Source: Prorocentrum cordatum
Taxonomy: Eukaryota
Assembly (NCBI GenBank): GCA_963575745.1
Contig: CAUYUJ010000118.1
Location: 62,001 to 117,991 of the forward strand
Direction of reading: 5' to 3'
DNA length: 55,991 nucleotides
A program made the position numbers and the translations under genes. A model generated the notes under the pieces. That model saw nothing but the letters and a program-made list of their open reading frames with translations. It did not search any database and was not told where the DNA came from. Shown piece by piece: positions 21,911 to 33,808 of the stretch (position 1 is its first letter; the number at the start of each line of letters is the position of its first letter).

Positions 21911-22329
21911 TACCTCGTAGAGCTCTTCGGCATCGATGAGCTAGAGGAATTCCGGCGCGGGGTGGAGCTAGTTGGCCGACCCGACCAAAAGAGACAATGT
22001 GGTGACTTTGGGTCGGTTTTGCCAAGAGTTTAAAGATATTTGACAATTCGTTTTGAGAAAGCAGATTTTTCGCACCTGTAAACGACTATCTTCGCACCTG
22101 TAAACGACTGTCAGGGCCTCTGCGTCTTAATATGAGCTCTGCAGGCGCAAATTTACTATCAAAACACTTGGAGGAACCAACTTCATCTCGACATGAAAAA
22201 GATGAATGTTCAATTTTTCGAAAAATGCCCCCAGAAGCTCTCTCTTTCGACTCTCAGCACTTTGCGCGTGGGAGGAGCTCTACGAGGTTCCCGGCGGTGA
22301 CCAGGTTGACGGTTCACCGCCGGCGCCAG
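21911..22329 (+). mobile_element. Complete 419-bp HINE-like element (short subfamily), type example
   Basis: Starts TA; subTIR ACCTCGTAGAGCTC 21912-21925 pairs with GAGCTCTACGAGGT 22275-22288; stem-loop 22291-22323; ends CCAG; inserted at host TTTTCTG^TACTCAA with no duplication. Confidence 0.8.
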
Positions 22330-25300
22330 TACTCAAGATTCAGAAGAGCTACAGAGCTGGTGCGCACATGAACTGATTCTGTATCACGAGGCGCGTGCGC
22401 TGTTGCATCGGGAGGGAACTCGTTCTGCTACTCGAGCTAGGTCCACAGCACTATTTGTCTCAATTTCTCTGTAGAGGCGCTGTCGGTATTCTGCACTCTA
22501 CTCTAGCTGTAGCACAGCTACAGAGCTGGTACGCACAGAAACCCAAACAGAATCATTGAAGGCGTTTGGCTGAAGCATCTAGAGCTCTGAGCAGAGTCTG
22601 CTTCTCGAGCTAAGTCCGCAAGAATATTTGTATGCGACCGATTTTTTTTTTTTGAGTTTTTTGGCTCTGGCTTAAGCTTGCTTCACTGGGCGCCGGCGGT
22701 AAACCGTCAACCTTTCTTACCGCCGGGAGACTCGTAGAGCTTCCTGACAATATATAATGTCGGAAAAAATTCAGAGAACGAATAGTTTTCAGCCCAAGCG
22801 ATTTCAGACCTCTCGATGCAACATCCGAACGCCATCGATGCTTCTGGATTGTCTTGTGTATGAGCTCTGTAGCTCCCCTACCGCCCGAGTTACGTGCGTT
22901 AATCGACAGCACCTCTCAAGATGACTCGAACAATAGAAATAGTTTGGCAAACCTAGCTCGAGTATCAGACCGAGTTCAGACCTCTGAATGCGACAGGCAG
23001 ACGCGCCTGATGCCTCAGGACCGATTCCTCTGATAACCAGCCGTGCACCCCCTCTACAGCCCGAGTAAAGTGCAGAAAACGGAGAGCATCTCTCAGGATG
23101 ACTCGAACAATACGAATAGTTCGCGGACCTAGTTCGGGCAGCAGACCGAGTTCCGAGCTCTAGAGTCGACAGCCGGACGCGCCTGATGTCTGCAAATCGA
23201 TTCCTGTGACTACCAGCACTGTAGCCCGTTAAGTACAGAAAACTGGCAGCACCTATGACTCGAACAATACGATTCGTTTCGCGATTCGAGATCGGGCAGC
23301 AGACCGAGCTCAGAGCTCTCGATGGAACAGACAAACGCGACTGGTGATTCTGAATCGGTTTCGGTAAGTATCAGCTCTGTAGCTGTCTTATAGCTCAAGT
23401 ACAGGAAATCGAGAGCGTCTGTCAAGATGACTCCAATAATACGAATAGATTTGCGGACCCAGCAGACCGAGTTCAGACCTCTGGATGCAACAGACGAACG
23501 CGCCTGATCATTGTGAATATGGTCGATATGTTTCTTGCCAACTAGCTCTCCAGGGCGCCGAAATTACTCTTGAGCTTCCAGCAATAACTTGCGAAGGGAA
23601 GCTCTACGAGTTACTTCCGATGAGCTGCGCAAGAAACTGGGAAGCGGTGACCGCCGGGTACTTCGTAGAGCTCTTTCCTAAGACGGCGCTCGGAACACAT
23701 GGAGGAAGATTTGAAGCGAGAGCCGAAACACTCGAAAAATCACGTTCTTCTGTCTTTATCTCCCCCAAGTGTTTTGATAGTATACTGCACCTAGGAGGCC
23801 TGACAATTTTACTGGCAGACGCGCCTTAACCCACTACAGGTGCGGAAAATCTGCTTTCTCGAAATCAATGGTCGAATATCTTTCAATTATTTGCAAAACC
23901 CACCAAAAGTTGCCACATTGTGCGTAATGGTCGGGTCGACCAACTAGCTCCACCCCGCGCCGAAATTCCTCTAGCTGCTCGATAACGAAGAGCTTAACGA
24001 GGTAAGAGCTCTATGAGGTTCCCGACAATAACCAGGTTGACGGTTTACCGCCGGCATCCAGTCTTAAACTCTCCGCGAAAAGCCCGGAGCGAAGAGACCT
24101 CGGGAACGGGAAATTGGTTGCGTCGAAAACCCAGAGAGCAAAGAGCAAACTAGCGCCGGCGGTGAACCGTCAACCTGGTCACCCCCGAGAACGTCGTAGA
24201 GCTCTTTGCACCCGTAAGAAAGCTCGGGATCGAATCGGAGATTCAGGGAGCTTTCTAGACGTCAAATTGAAATTTTTCGGAGTCAACATGAAGTCAGTTC
24301 CGGAAAGTCAACTAATATTAAAACTGGCTCTAGAGAGCTGAACTGCGGGAACAAAATTTACATGCCAATGCTCGGCGTAAAAATCTGCTTTCTCAAAATT
24401 ACTTGTCAAATATCTTTCAGATCTGAGCAAAACCGACCCAAAGTCATCACTTTGTCCTTTTTCGCCAGGTCGACTATCTAGATCCACCCTGCGCCGGAAC
24501 AAACTGGGCGCCGGCGGTAAACCGTCAACCTTTCTTACCGCCGGGGGACTCGTAGAGCTTCCTGACAATATATAATGTCGAAAAAAAATTGCAGGGAACG
24601 AACAGCTTTTCAGCCCAAGCGATTTCCGACCTTTCGATGCAACAGCCGAACGCCCCTGATGTTGGATTCTCTTCTATACGAGCTATGTAGCTCTCCTACA
24701 GCCCGAGTTACGTGCGTAAATCGACAGCACCTCTCAAGATGACTCGAACAATACGAAAAGTTCGGCAAACCTAGCTCGAGTATCAGACCGACTTCAGACC
24801 TCTGAATGCAATAGTGGGACGCGCCTGTGACTCCGAATGGATTCCTGTGATTACCAGCCCTGCAGCCCCCCTGCAGCCCGAGTTAAGTGCAGAAAACCGA
24901 CAGCACCTCTCAGAATGACTCGAACAATACGAATAATTTCGCGAACCTAGTTCGGGCAGCAGACCGAGTTCAGAGCTCTGGATTCGACAGACGGACGCGC
25001 CTGATGTCTCCGAATCGATTCCTGAGGTTACCAGCCCTGTAGCACCCCTACAGCCTGAGTTAAGTACAGAAAACCGACAACACCTCTCAAGATGACTCGA
25101 ACAACACAAATAGTTTGTGATTCTAGATCGGGCAGCAGACCGAGCAGAGCTCTGGACTCAACAGACAACGCGACTGATATGCTCAATCGGTTTATGTAAG
25201 TATCAGCTCTGTAGCTGTCATAGAGCTCAAGTTAAGTACAACAAAAGTACAACAAAAAACCGAGAGCGCCTGTCAAGATGACTCAAATAATACGAATAGG

Positions 25301-25369
25301 TTTTCGGACCTAGCTCGGCTAGCAGACCGAGTTCAGACCCCTGCAGCGCTGCTGAAGCCTGCCAGAAAC

Positions 25370-25411
25370 GCTTCCATGCGTGCCTGCACGCGTGCAGGCA
25401 CGCGTGGAAGC
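25370..25411. repeat. 42-bp near-perfect palindrome
   Basis: GCTTCCATGCGTGCCTGCACG|CGTGCAGGCACGCGTGGAAGC with one mismatch; second copy at 21417-21458; collapsed copy near 38669-38697. Confidence 0.85.
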
Positions 25412-25774
25412 TTGCCGGAAGCTCTCCCGGACACGTTGCCGGGCCGGGCGAGTCGCTGCGGGGAACTGGCGCCGGCGGTGAACCGTCAACCTGGTCACCG
25501 CCGGGACCCTCGTAGAGCTCCGTTCACGCGTGAGAGAGCTCAGAGTCGAAAGAGAAAGCTTCTGGAAGCATTTCTGCAAAAATTGAACATTGATTTGTTT
25601 CATGTCGAGATGAAGTTGGTTCCTCCAAGTGTTTTGATAGTAAATGTGCGCCTACAGAGCTCATATTAAGACGGAGAGGCCCTCATATTCGTTTACAGGT
25701 GCGAAAAATCTGCTTTCTCAAAATAAATGGTCAAATATCTTTCAAATATTCGCAAAACCACCCAAAAGTTACCA

Positions 25775-26969
25775 CTGGGCGCCGGCGGTAAACCGTCAAC
25801 CTTTCTTACCGCCGGGGGACTCGTAGAGCTTCCTGACAATATATAATGTCGAAAAAATTACAGAGAACGAATAGTTTTTCAGCCCAAGCGATTTCAGACC
25901 TCTCGATGCAACAGCCGAACGCCCCCGATGCTTCTGGATTGTCTTCTGTACGAGCTCTGTAGCTCTCCTACAGCCCGGGTTACGTGCGTAAATCGACAGC
26001 AACCCTGAAGATGATTCGAACAGCAAACCTAGCTCGAGAATCAGACAAAGTTCAGGCCTCTGAATGCAACAGCCGGACGCGTCTGGTGTCTTCGAATCGA
26101 TTCCTGTGATTCCCAGCCCTGCAGCTCCCCTACAGCCCGAGTTAAGTGCAGAAAACCGACAGCATCTCAGGATGACTCGAACAATACGAATAGTTTCGCG
26201 GACCTAGTTCGGGCAGCAGACCGAGTTCCGAGCTCTGGATTCCACAGGCGGACACGCCTGATGTCTCCAAATCGATTCCTGTGACTACCAGCACTGTAGC
26301 CCCCACAACCCGAGTTAAGTGCAGAAAACCGACAGCACTTCTCAAGATGACTCGAACAATACGAATAGTTTCGCGATTCTAGAGCGGGCAGCAGACCGAG
26401 TTCAGAGCTCTGGATTCAACAGACAAACGCGACTGATGACTCTGAATCGGTTTCTGTAAGTATCAGCTCTGTAGCTGTCAGCTCGAGTTAAGTGCAGAAA
26501 ACCGAGAGCGCCTGTCATGACTCGAATAACAACAAATAGGTTTGCAGACATAGCTCGGCTAGCAGACAGAGTTCAGACCTCTCGATGCGACAGACGAACG
26601 CGCCTGATGATTCTGAATCGATAAGGTGTGCTTACCAGCTGTGGAGCTGTGCTGTATCTCGAGTTAAGTCCAATATACCGACAGCGCGTATTAAGATGAC
26701 TCGAAACGGCCGATCCCGCCTGGACGCTTTTTGGCAGTAAAAGGTACCCGATCGAGCTGAGATCAAGATGGCGAGCGGGAATAAGATCGAATATCACGGG
26801 AAAAATACTAAAGCTCTAACGAATGGTTGAATTTCGAGGACAAAATTTTCAACCGACCAAAAGTCATCAAAAGGTCCGTCGGGATTTCTCTTGCGAACTA
26901 GCTCTCCAGCGCCACGGAATTACTCTTAAGCTTCCAGCAATAACTTGCTAAGGGAAGCTCTACGAGTTA
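25775..26969 (-). mobile_element. Complete ~1.2-kb HINE-like element (long subfamily, internal ~177-bp repeats) nested in a short-subfamily copy
   Basis: SubTIR ACTCGTAGAGCTTCC / GGAAGCTCTACGAGT; host AAGTTACCA^CTTTGTCC rejoins exactly (intact copy near 39305-39321). Confidence 0.8.
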
Positions 26970-28751
26970 CTTTGTCCTTTCTGGCCGGGTCGACCAACCA
27001 GCTCCACCCCGCGCCGGAACTGGGCGCCGGCGGTAAACCGTCAACCTTTCTTACCGCCGGGGGACTCGTAGAGCTTCCTGACAATATATAATGTCGAAAA
27101 AAATTGCAGAGAACGAATAGTTTTCAGCCCAAGCGATTTCAGACCTCTCGATGCATCAGCCGAACGCCCCCGACGCTTCTGGATTCTCTTCTGTACGAGT
27201 GTAGCTCTCCTACAGCCCGAGTTACGCGCGTAAATCGACAGTAGCTCTCAAGATGACTCGAACAATAGGAATAGTTTGGCAAACCTAGCTCGAGTATCAA
27301 ACCGAGTTCAGGCCTCTGAATGCGACAGGCGGACGCGTCTGATGTCTCCGAATCGATTTCTGTGATTACCAGCCCTGCAGCCCCCCTACAGCCCGAGTTA
27401 AGTGCAGAAAACCGACAGCATCTCAGGATGACTCGAACAATACGAATAGTTTGGCAGACCTAGTTCGGGCAGCAGACCGATTTCCGAGCTCTGGATTGAA
27501 CAGGCGGATGCGCCTGATGTCTTCAAATCGATTCTGTGACTACAAGCACTGTAGCCCCTCTAGAACCCGAGTTAAGTACAGAAAACCAACAGCACCCCTC
27601 TCAACCAGCTCCACCCCGCGACGGAATTCCTCTAGCTCATCGATGCCGAAGAGCTCTACGAGGTACGTGGAGCGCCGCGGAGGAGCTCCTGACGGGCACC
27701 ACCACCGCCCGGCTTCTAATCTTAAACCCTCTAGCTCTCAGCGAGCTCTCCGGGAATTTTTGCAAAATCGACCCAAAATTGCCACATTCTTGCTTTTGGT
27801 CGGGTCGACCAACTGGGCGCCGGCGGTAAACCGTCAACCTTTCTTACCGCCGGGGGACTCGTAGAGCTTCCTGACAACATATAATGTCGAAGAAAATTAT
27901 TCAAAAAACTAATTTTTTAAGCCCAAGCAATTTCAGACCTCTCCGATGCAACAGCCGAACGCCCCCGATGCTTCTGGATTGTCTTCTGTACGAGCTCTGC
28001 CGCTCTCCTACCGCCCGAGTTACGTGCGTAAATCGACAGCACCTCTCAAGATGACTCGAACAATACGAACTGTTTGGCAAACCTAGCTCGAGTATCAGAC
28101 CGAGTTCAGACCTCTGAATGCGACAGGCGGACGCGTCTGATCTCTGCGAATCGACTCCTGTGATTACCAGCCCTGCAGCCCCCCTACAGCCCGAGTTAAG
28201 TGCAGGAAACCGACAGCACCTCTCAGGATGACTCTAGCAATACGGATAGTTTCGCGGACCTAGTTCGGGCAGCAGACAGAGTTCGGAGCTCTGGACTCGA
28301 AGGGCGGACGCGCCTGATGTCTCCGATTCGATTCCAGTGATTACCAGCCATGCAGCCCCCCTACAGCCCGAGTTGAATGCAGAGAACCGACAGCATCTAT
28401 CAAGATCACTCGAACAATACGAATAGTTTCGCGAGTCTAGATCGGGCAGCAGAGCTCTGGATTCAACAGACAACGGCCACTGATGATTCTGAATCAGATT
28501 CTGTACGTATCTGCTCTATAGCTGTCCTGTAGCTCGAGTTAAGTACAGAAAACCGAGAGCGTCTGTCAAGATGACTCGAATAATACGAATAGGTTTGCGG
28601 ACCTAGCTCGGCTAGCAGACCGAGTTCAGACCTCTAGAATCAACAGGCGAACGCGCCTGATCATTATGAATCGATTAGCTGTGCTTACCAGCTCTGTAGC
28701 TGTCCTAAAGCTCGAGTTATGTTCAGAAAACCGCCACCGCCTGTAAGATGA

Positions 28752-29143
28752 CTGGCGCCGGCGGTAAACCGTCAACCTGGTCACCGCCGGGAACCTCGTA
28801 GAGCTCCGTGCACGCGTAAGAATGCTCAGATTCAAAGCAGACCGCTTCTCAGAGCATTTCTAGAAAAAAACATCATATTTGCATTTCTCGGTCTCAACGC
28901 GACGTCGGTTCCTCCAAATGTTTGGATAGTAAAACTGTCTCGAAAGAGCTGAGCTGCTCGCAGAATGAAGTTAAGATACCAATGCTCAGAGTAAAAACCT
29001 GCTTTCTCAAAATGAATTGTCAAATATTTTTGCAAACCCACCCAAAAATTACCACTTTGTCCTTTCTCGCCGGGTCGGCCAACTAGCTCCACCCCGCGCC
29101 GGCATTCCTCTAGCTCATCCATGCCGAAGAGCTCTACGAGGTA
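28752..29143 (-). mobile_element. Complete ~390-bp HINE-like element nested in a long-subfamily copy
   Basis: Host AAGATGA^CTCGAAAC rejoins exactly; both termini and both subTIRs are present. Confidence 0.8.
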
Positions 29144-29655
29144 CTCGAAACAACCGATCCCGCCCGTGTGCTTTTTCACAATAAAAGGTACCCGATCGAG
29201 CTGAGATCAAGACGGCGAGCTGGAATAAGATCGAATATGACGGGAAAAAATACTAGAGCTCTAACGAATGTTCAAATTTCGAGAACAAAATTTTCAAACG
29301 ACCACTTGGTAGCATCCAAAGCCCGGAGAGCGAAGAGACCCTTTGGGGACGGGATGGCGCCGGCGGCGAACCGTCAACCTAGTCACCGCCGGGAACCTCG
29401 TAGAGCTCCGTACACAGATAAGAGTGCTGAGAATCAAAGTAGAGGCATGAAATAAAGATTTTTCGAAAATCTTTATTTTCGATTTTTTCGATATTTCATA
29501 TTCGCTGAGTTCCGGGAAGTCAACTCTCAAGAAAATACATCGGGAGAGCTGAGCTGCTGTCAGAGAGGAGTTCATCTGCCAATGCTCGGCGAAAAAATCT
29601 GCTCTCTCAAAATGAATGGTCAAATATCTTTCAAATCTGCGCAAAACCGACCCAA

Positions 29656-31776
29656 CTGGGCGCCGGCGGTAAAGCGTCAACCTTGGTTACCGCCGGGAGA
29701 CTCGTAGAGCTTCCTAGCTCGACTTAAGTTGAGAAAACCGACAGCACCTACCAACATTCCGACTCATAGTGAATATTTTTGACCTCTGAATGCGACAGGC
29801 GAACGCGTCTGATGTCTGCGAATCGACTCCTGTCATTACCAGCCCTGCAGCCCCCCTACAGCCCGAATTAAGTGCAGAAAACCGACAGCACCTCTCAGGA
29901 TGACTCGAACAATACAGTAGTTTCGCAGACCTAATTCGGGCAGCAGACCGAGTTCCGAGCTCTGGATTCGACAGGCGGACGCGCCTGATGTCTTCAAATC
30001 GATTCCTGTGACCACCAGCACTGTAGCCCCCCTCAGCGCGAGTTGAGTGAAGAAAACCGAGAGCACTTCTCAAGATGACTCGACCAATACGAATAGTTTC
30101 GCGATTCTAGATCGGGCAGCAGACCGAGTTCAGAGCTCTGGATTCGACAGACAAACGCAAATGATGATTCTGAATCGGTTTCTGTAAATATCAGCTCTGT
30201 AGCTGTCCTACAGCTCGAGTTAAGTACAGAAAACCGAGAGTTCCTGTCAAGATGACTCGAATAATACGAATAGGTTTGCGGACCTAGCTCGGCTAACAGA
30301 CCGAGTTCAGACCTCTGGATTCAACAGGCGAACGCGCCTAATCATTCTACATCGATTAGCTGTGCTTACCAGCTCTGTAGCTGTCCTAAAGCTCGAGTTA
30401 TGTTCAGAAAACCGTCAGCGCGTATCAAGATGACTCGACACGGCCGATCCCGCCACAGTGCTTTTCGATAGTAATATTCACCCGATCGAGCTGAGATCAA
30501 GATGGCGAGCGGGAATAAGATCGAATATCACGGGAAAAAATACTAGAGCTCTAACGAATGTTCAAATTTCGAGAACATAATTTTCAACCGACCAAAAGTC
30601 ACCAAAAGTTCCGTCGAGATTTTTCGAGCCAACTAGCCCGCCAGTGCGTCCGAATTACTCTTGAGCTTCCAGCCGCTAGCTTAGGAAAGCTCTACGAGTC
30701 AAGTCACCACTTTGTCCTTTCTGGTCGGGTCGGCCAACTAGCTCCATCCCGCGCCGGAATTCCTCTAGCTCATCGACTGGGCGCCGGCGGTAAACCGTCA
30801 ACCTTGGTTACCGCCGGGAGACTCGTAGAGCTTCCTAGCTCAACTTAAGTTGAGAAAACCGACAGTACCTACCAACATTCCGACTCACAGTGAATATTTG
30901 TTGACCTCTGAGTGCGACAGGCGGACGCGTCTGATGTCTGCGAATCGACTCCTGTCATTACCAGCCCTGCAGACCCCCTACAGCCCGAGTTAAGTGCAGA
31001 AAACCGACAGCACCTCTCAGGATGACTCGAACAATACAGTAGTTTCGCAGACCTAATTCGGGCAGCAGACCGAGTTCCGAGCTCTGGATTCGACAGGCGG
31101 ACGCGCCTGATGTCTTCAAATTGATTCCTGTGACCACCAGCACTGTAGCCCCCCTCAGCGCGAGTTGAGTGAAGAAAACCGAGAGCACTTCTCAAGATGA
31201 CTCGACCAATACGAATAGTTTCGCGATTCTAGATCGGGCAGCAGACCGAGTTCAGACCTCTCGATTCGACAGACAAACGCAATTGATGATTCTGAATCGG
31301 TTTCTGTAAATATCAGCTCTGTAGCTGTCCTACAGCTCGAGTTAAGTACAGAAAACCGAGAGTTCCTGTCAAGATGACTCGAATAATACGAATAGGTTTG
31401 CGGACCTAGCTCCGCTAACAGACCGAGTTCAGACCTCTGGATTCAACAGGCGAACGCGCCTAATCATTCTACATCGATTAGCTGTGCTTACCAGCTCTGT
31501 AGCTGTCGTAAAGCTCGAGTTATGTTCAGAAAACCGTCAGCGCGTATCAAGATGACTCAAAACGGCCGATCCCGCCACAGTGCTTTTCGATAGTAATATT
31601 CACCCGATCGAGCTGGGATCAAGATGGCGAGCGGGAATAAGATCGAATATCACAGGAAAAAATACTAGAGCTCTAACGAATGTTCAAGTTTTGAGAACAA
31701 AATTTTCAACTGACCAAAAGTCACCAAAAGTTCCGTCGAGATTTTTCGAGCAACTAGCCCGCCAATGCGTCCGAAC
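29656..31776 (-). repeat. Two near-identical adjacent ~1.0-1.1 kb long-subfamily units
   Basis: Units start at 29656 and 30777 with the same diagnostic AGCTTCCTAGCTC(G/A)ACTTAAGTTGAG; related copies near 36020 and 47334. Confidence 0.85.
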
Positions 31777-31808
31777 TGGGCGCCGGCGGTAAACCGTCAA
31801 CCTTTGTT

Positions 31809-33808
31809 TTTTGCGGACTTTGCGGTCGACTGTGCAGGCTTTCCAGCCTAGTCGAAAGCAAGAAGCGGGCGTATCGGGAGTAGGCGGATGCCTCGACGAT
31901 CCAAACGATCAGAGGCGAAAGCCAACTCTTATTAGGAGGATGAGAGGTCAAGTACACACACACGGTGACCAACTCTTATGAGAAGGCGTGAATGAGCACA
32001 ATCACAATCACATCCCATCCTGTCCGAAATACGCATGTACAACCCGCGGCAAGATTACAATCGTATGCTCAACGGCCGTGATCTCGGCATCAGTCACTGT
32101 TGAAGTTGGATCGATCGAGAATGCCGCACTATACACCTCCGTCCAAATAATCTCATGGCTGAGTGGTTGCCTTGAGATCCTCGAAACCCGCCCAACATCG
32201 ATCCAGCACCCGACCCCCACGCCGTCGCAAGAAACGCCACCGTCGAAACCAGCTCTGATGGCACAGACGCGAAACACCTGTTGTAACTGAGGGGCGTGGA
32301 GCCCAATCCTATCTCGAATCACTGGTGGCCCGACACGGGCCTCATGAGTGAGTACATCTGCACGCGTGTTCCATTCCCTAAATGTGTGGTCTACAACCTC
32401 CCTCCCCTGACAGGCAGGCCTAATTCCAAACTTCTGACACATATTGTCCAGTTGGTTTATCATTCTGTTGACCCTTTCCTGATACGTACGATTAAGCACC
32501 CTCCAGACACCCTGCAGCCAAGACACCACCAGAAGACTGTCCCCAGAAATGTACACAGGGATCCCAAATGAGTCGAGGTCGTACTCAACCTCCTTCATGT
32601 TTTGTAACGCAATACGTTTGGCCATTTTGCCATTGAAAGCCGTAGTGCCCTCTTGAGCCCCATATGTGTGTAGGTCGTTTTGTGTGATAGTGTGTACCTC
32701 CTGCAGGGCCCCACCTGTAGTACCGTACCCTTTTCTTTTCTGGAAATAACTCAGCATCGTCCGTGTACACATGTGTTCGCAGAACTGAACGTACGCAGCG
32801 TCTGTCGGCACAAAGGTCTCCCACCACTTGAGTCCGTAGAATTCGCAGAAAGAAAATAGCCAGCATCTCTGTCCGATAGCTCGACCTGAGCTAACGTGTC
32901 TCCTTTTCAGCTGCGAAGCCTCCTGGAAGTGGAATAACCCTCGCAGGCACTCCGACGCATCCGTCCTGAGTCTATCCCACAGTGGTCCATATGCGACCGT
33001 AGTCATGTGGTGGTCTCTCCACGTACGTTGTGTCGAAGATATTTCCTCATGAGAAGAAGTACATAACATAGTAATGAAGTCAGCAGCATCCTTAGCGGAG
33101 TTCCAAACCATACGGAGAAATCGTTGCACCAAACTCGCAAATCCATAAGATCGAAACTGCTCTCTGGCCTCGTGGTACCTTCGGCGGTTCCAGTCCGCCA
33201 TAGTCTCCTCCTCCCTCCTCGGCCGTCGGAACATACGGCACAGACACCATCCCTCGAAGGCATTGAGTGTGTGAAGCGAGGAAGTGTCCGCCGTACATGT
33301 CTCAAGACAATACAACGCCATACTCTGCACCTTGTCTTGATAACGACAAAATTTATCACGGACTGCTACCGCTCGGTTACGAAAGAAATCCGACTGTCCT
33401 ATGAAACACGCACGAGCCTCCTTGATTCGATATTCAGCATCGGGATGAGCAGGCACAAGGTACGCGGAGAAAATCTCATGACCCAATACTTTCATACTGC
33501 AAACACGCCGAAGTCTAAATTCCTGATACATCGAGCACGCAGGTACACAAATCCCCGCTGGCAAGTATGCGTCCGTCTCCGTCCACTCTCGCATTAACCC
33601 CACATGTCATGTACAACAAGCTGCTATCCTTCCATCTCATCCCCCAGTCATGTAGTGGTAGTGTTAGATCGTGCATCATCTGAGCCAACACAGTTGGGGA
33701 TGCAGAGACGAGGTAGCAGTTGTCCGCCCACACAAAGTGGTTCACTATTGTCCGTCGCTCATACTCACCACAGACGCCCTCCAGCACATACCCCACTCCT
33801 TTACTGTC
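31809..33808 (-). mobile_element. 5'-truncated non-LTR retrotransposon 3 at the hairpin target site
   Basis: Left junction GTCAACCTTTGTT followed by tail TTTTGCGGACTTTGCGG; right side resumes at CCGCCGGGAGACTCG (33809) with no duplication. Confidence 0.92.
32008..33805 (-). pseudogene. Truncated ORF2 of element 3: RT C-terminal part and permuted RNase H, one frameshift near 33600
   Basis: GVGYVL..HFVWADN..GMRWKDSSL, then GDS, HTFREWNTRAD, FDGG, TDAEI. Confidence 0.9.

Larger units (their letters stand above)
21299..31808. repeat. Nested mosaic of Helitron2/HINE-like elements, including an inverted block at about 21520-22660
   Basis: Hairpin termini near 22291 (inverted), 22693, 24030 (inverted), 24155, 24511, 25472, 25782, 27027, 27819, 28757, 29360, 29664, 30784 and 31783. 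Confidence 0.8.

Noticed and set aside
25774..26971. ACT as a 3-bp TSD of the short elements
   Set aside because: The insertion at 21911-22329 and the variable bases after other right ends show that CT belongs to the element terminus and is not duplicated host sequence.
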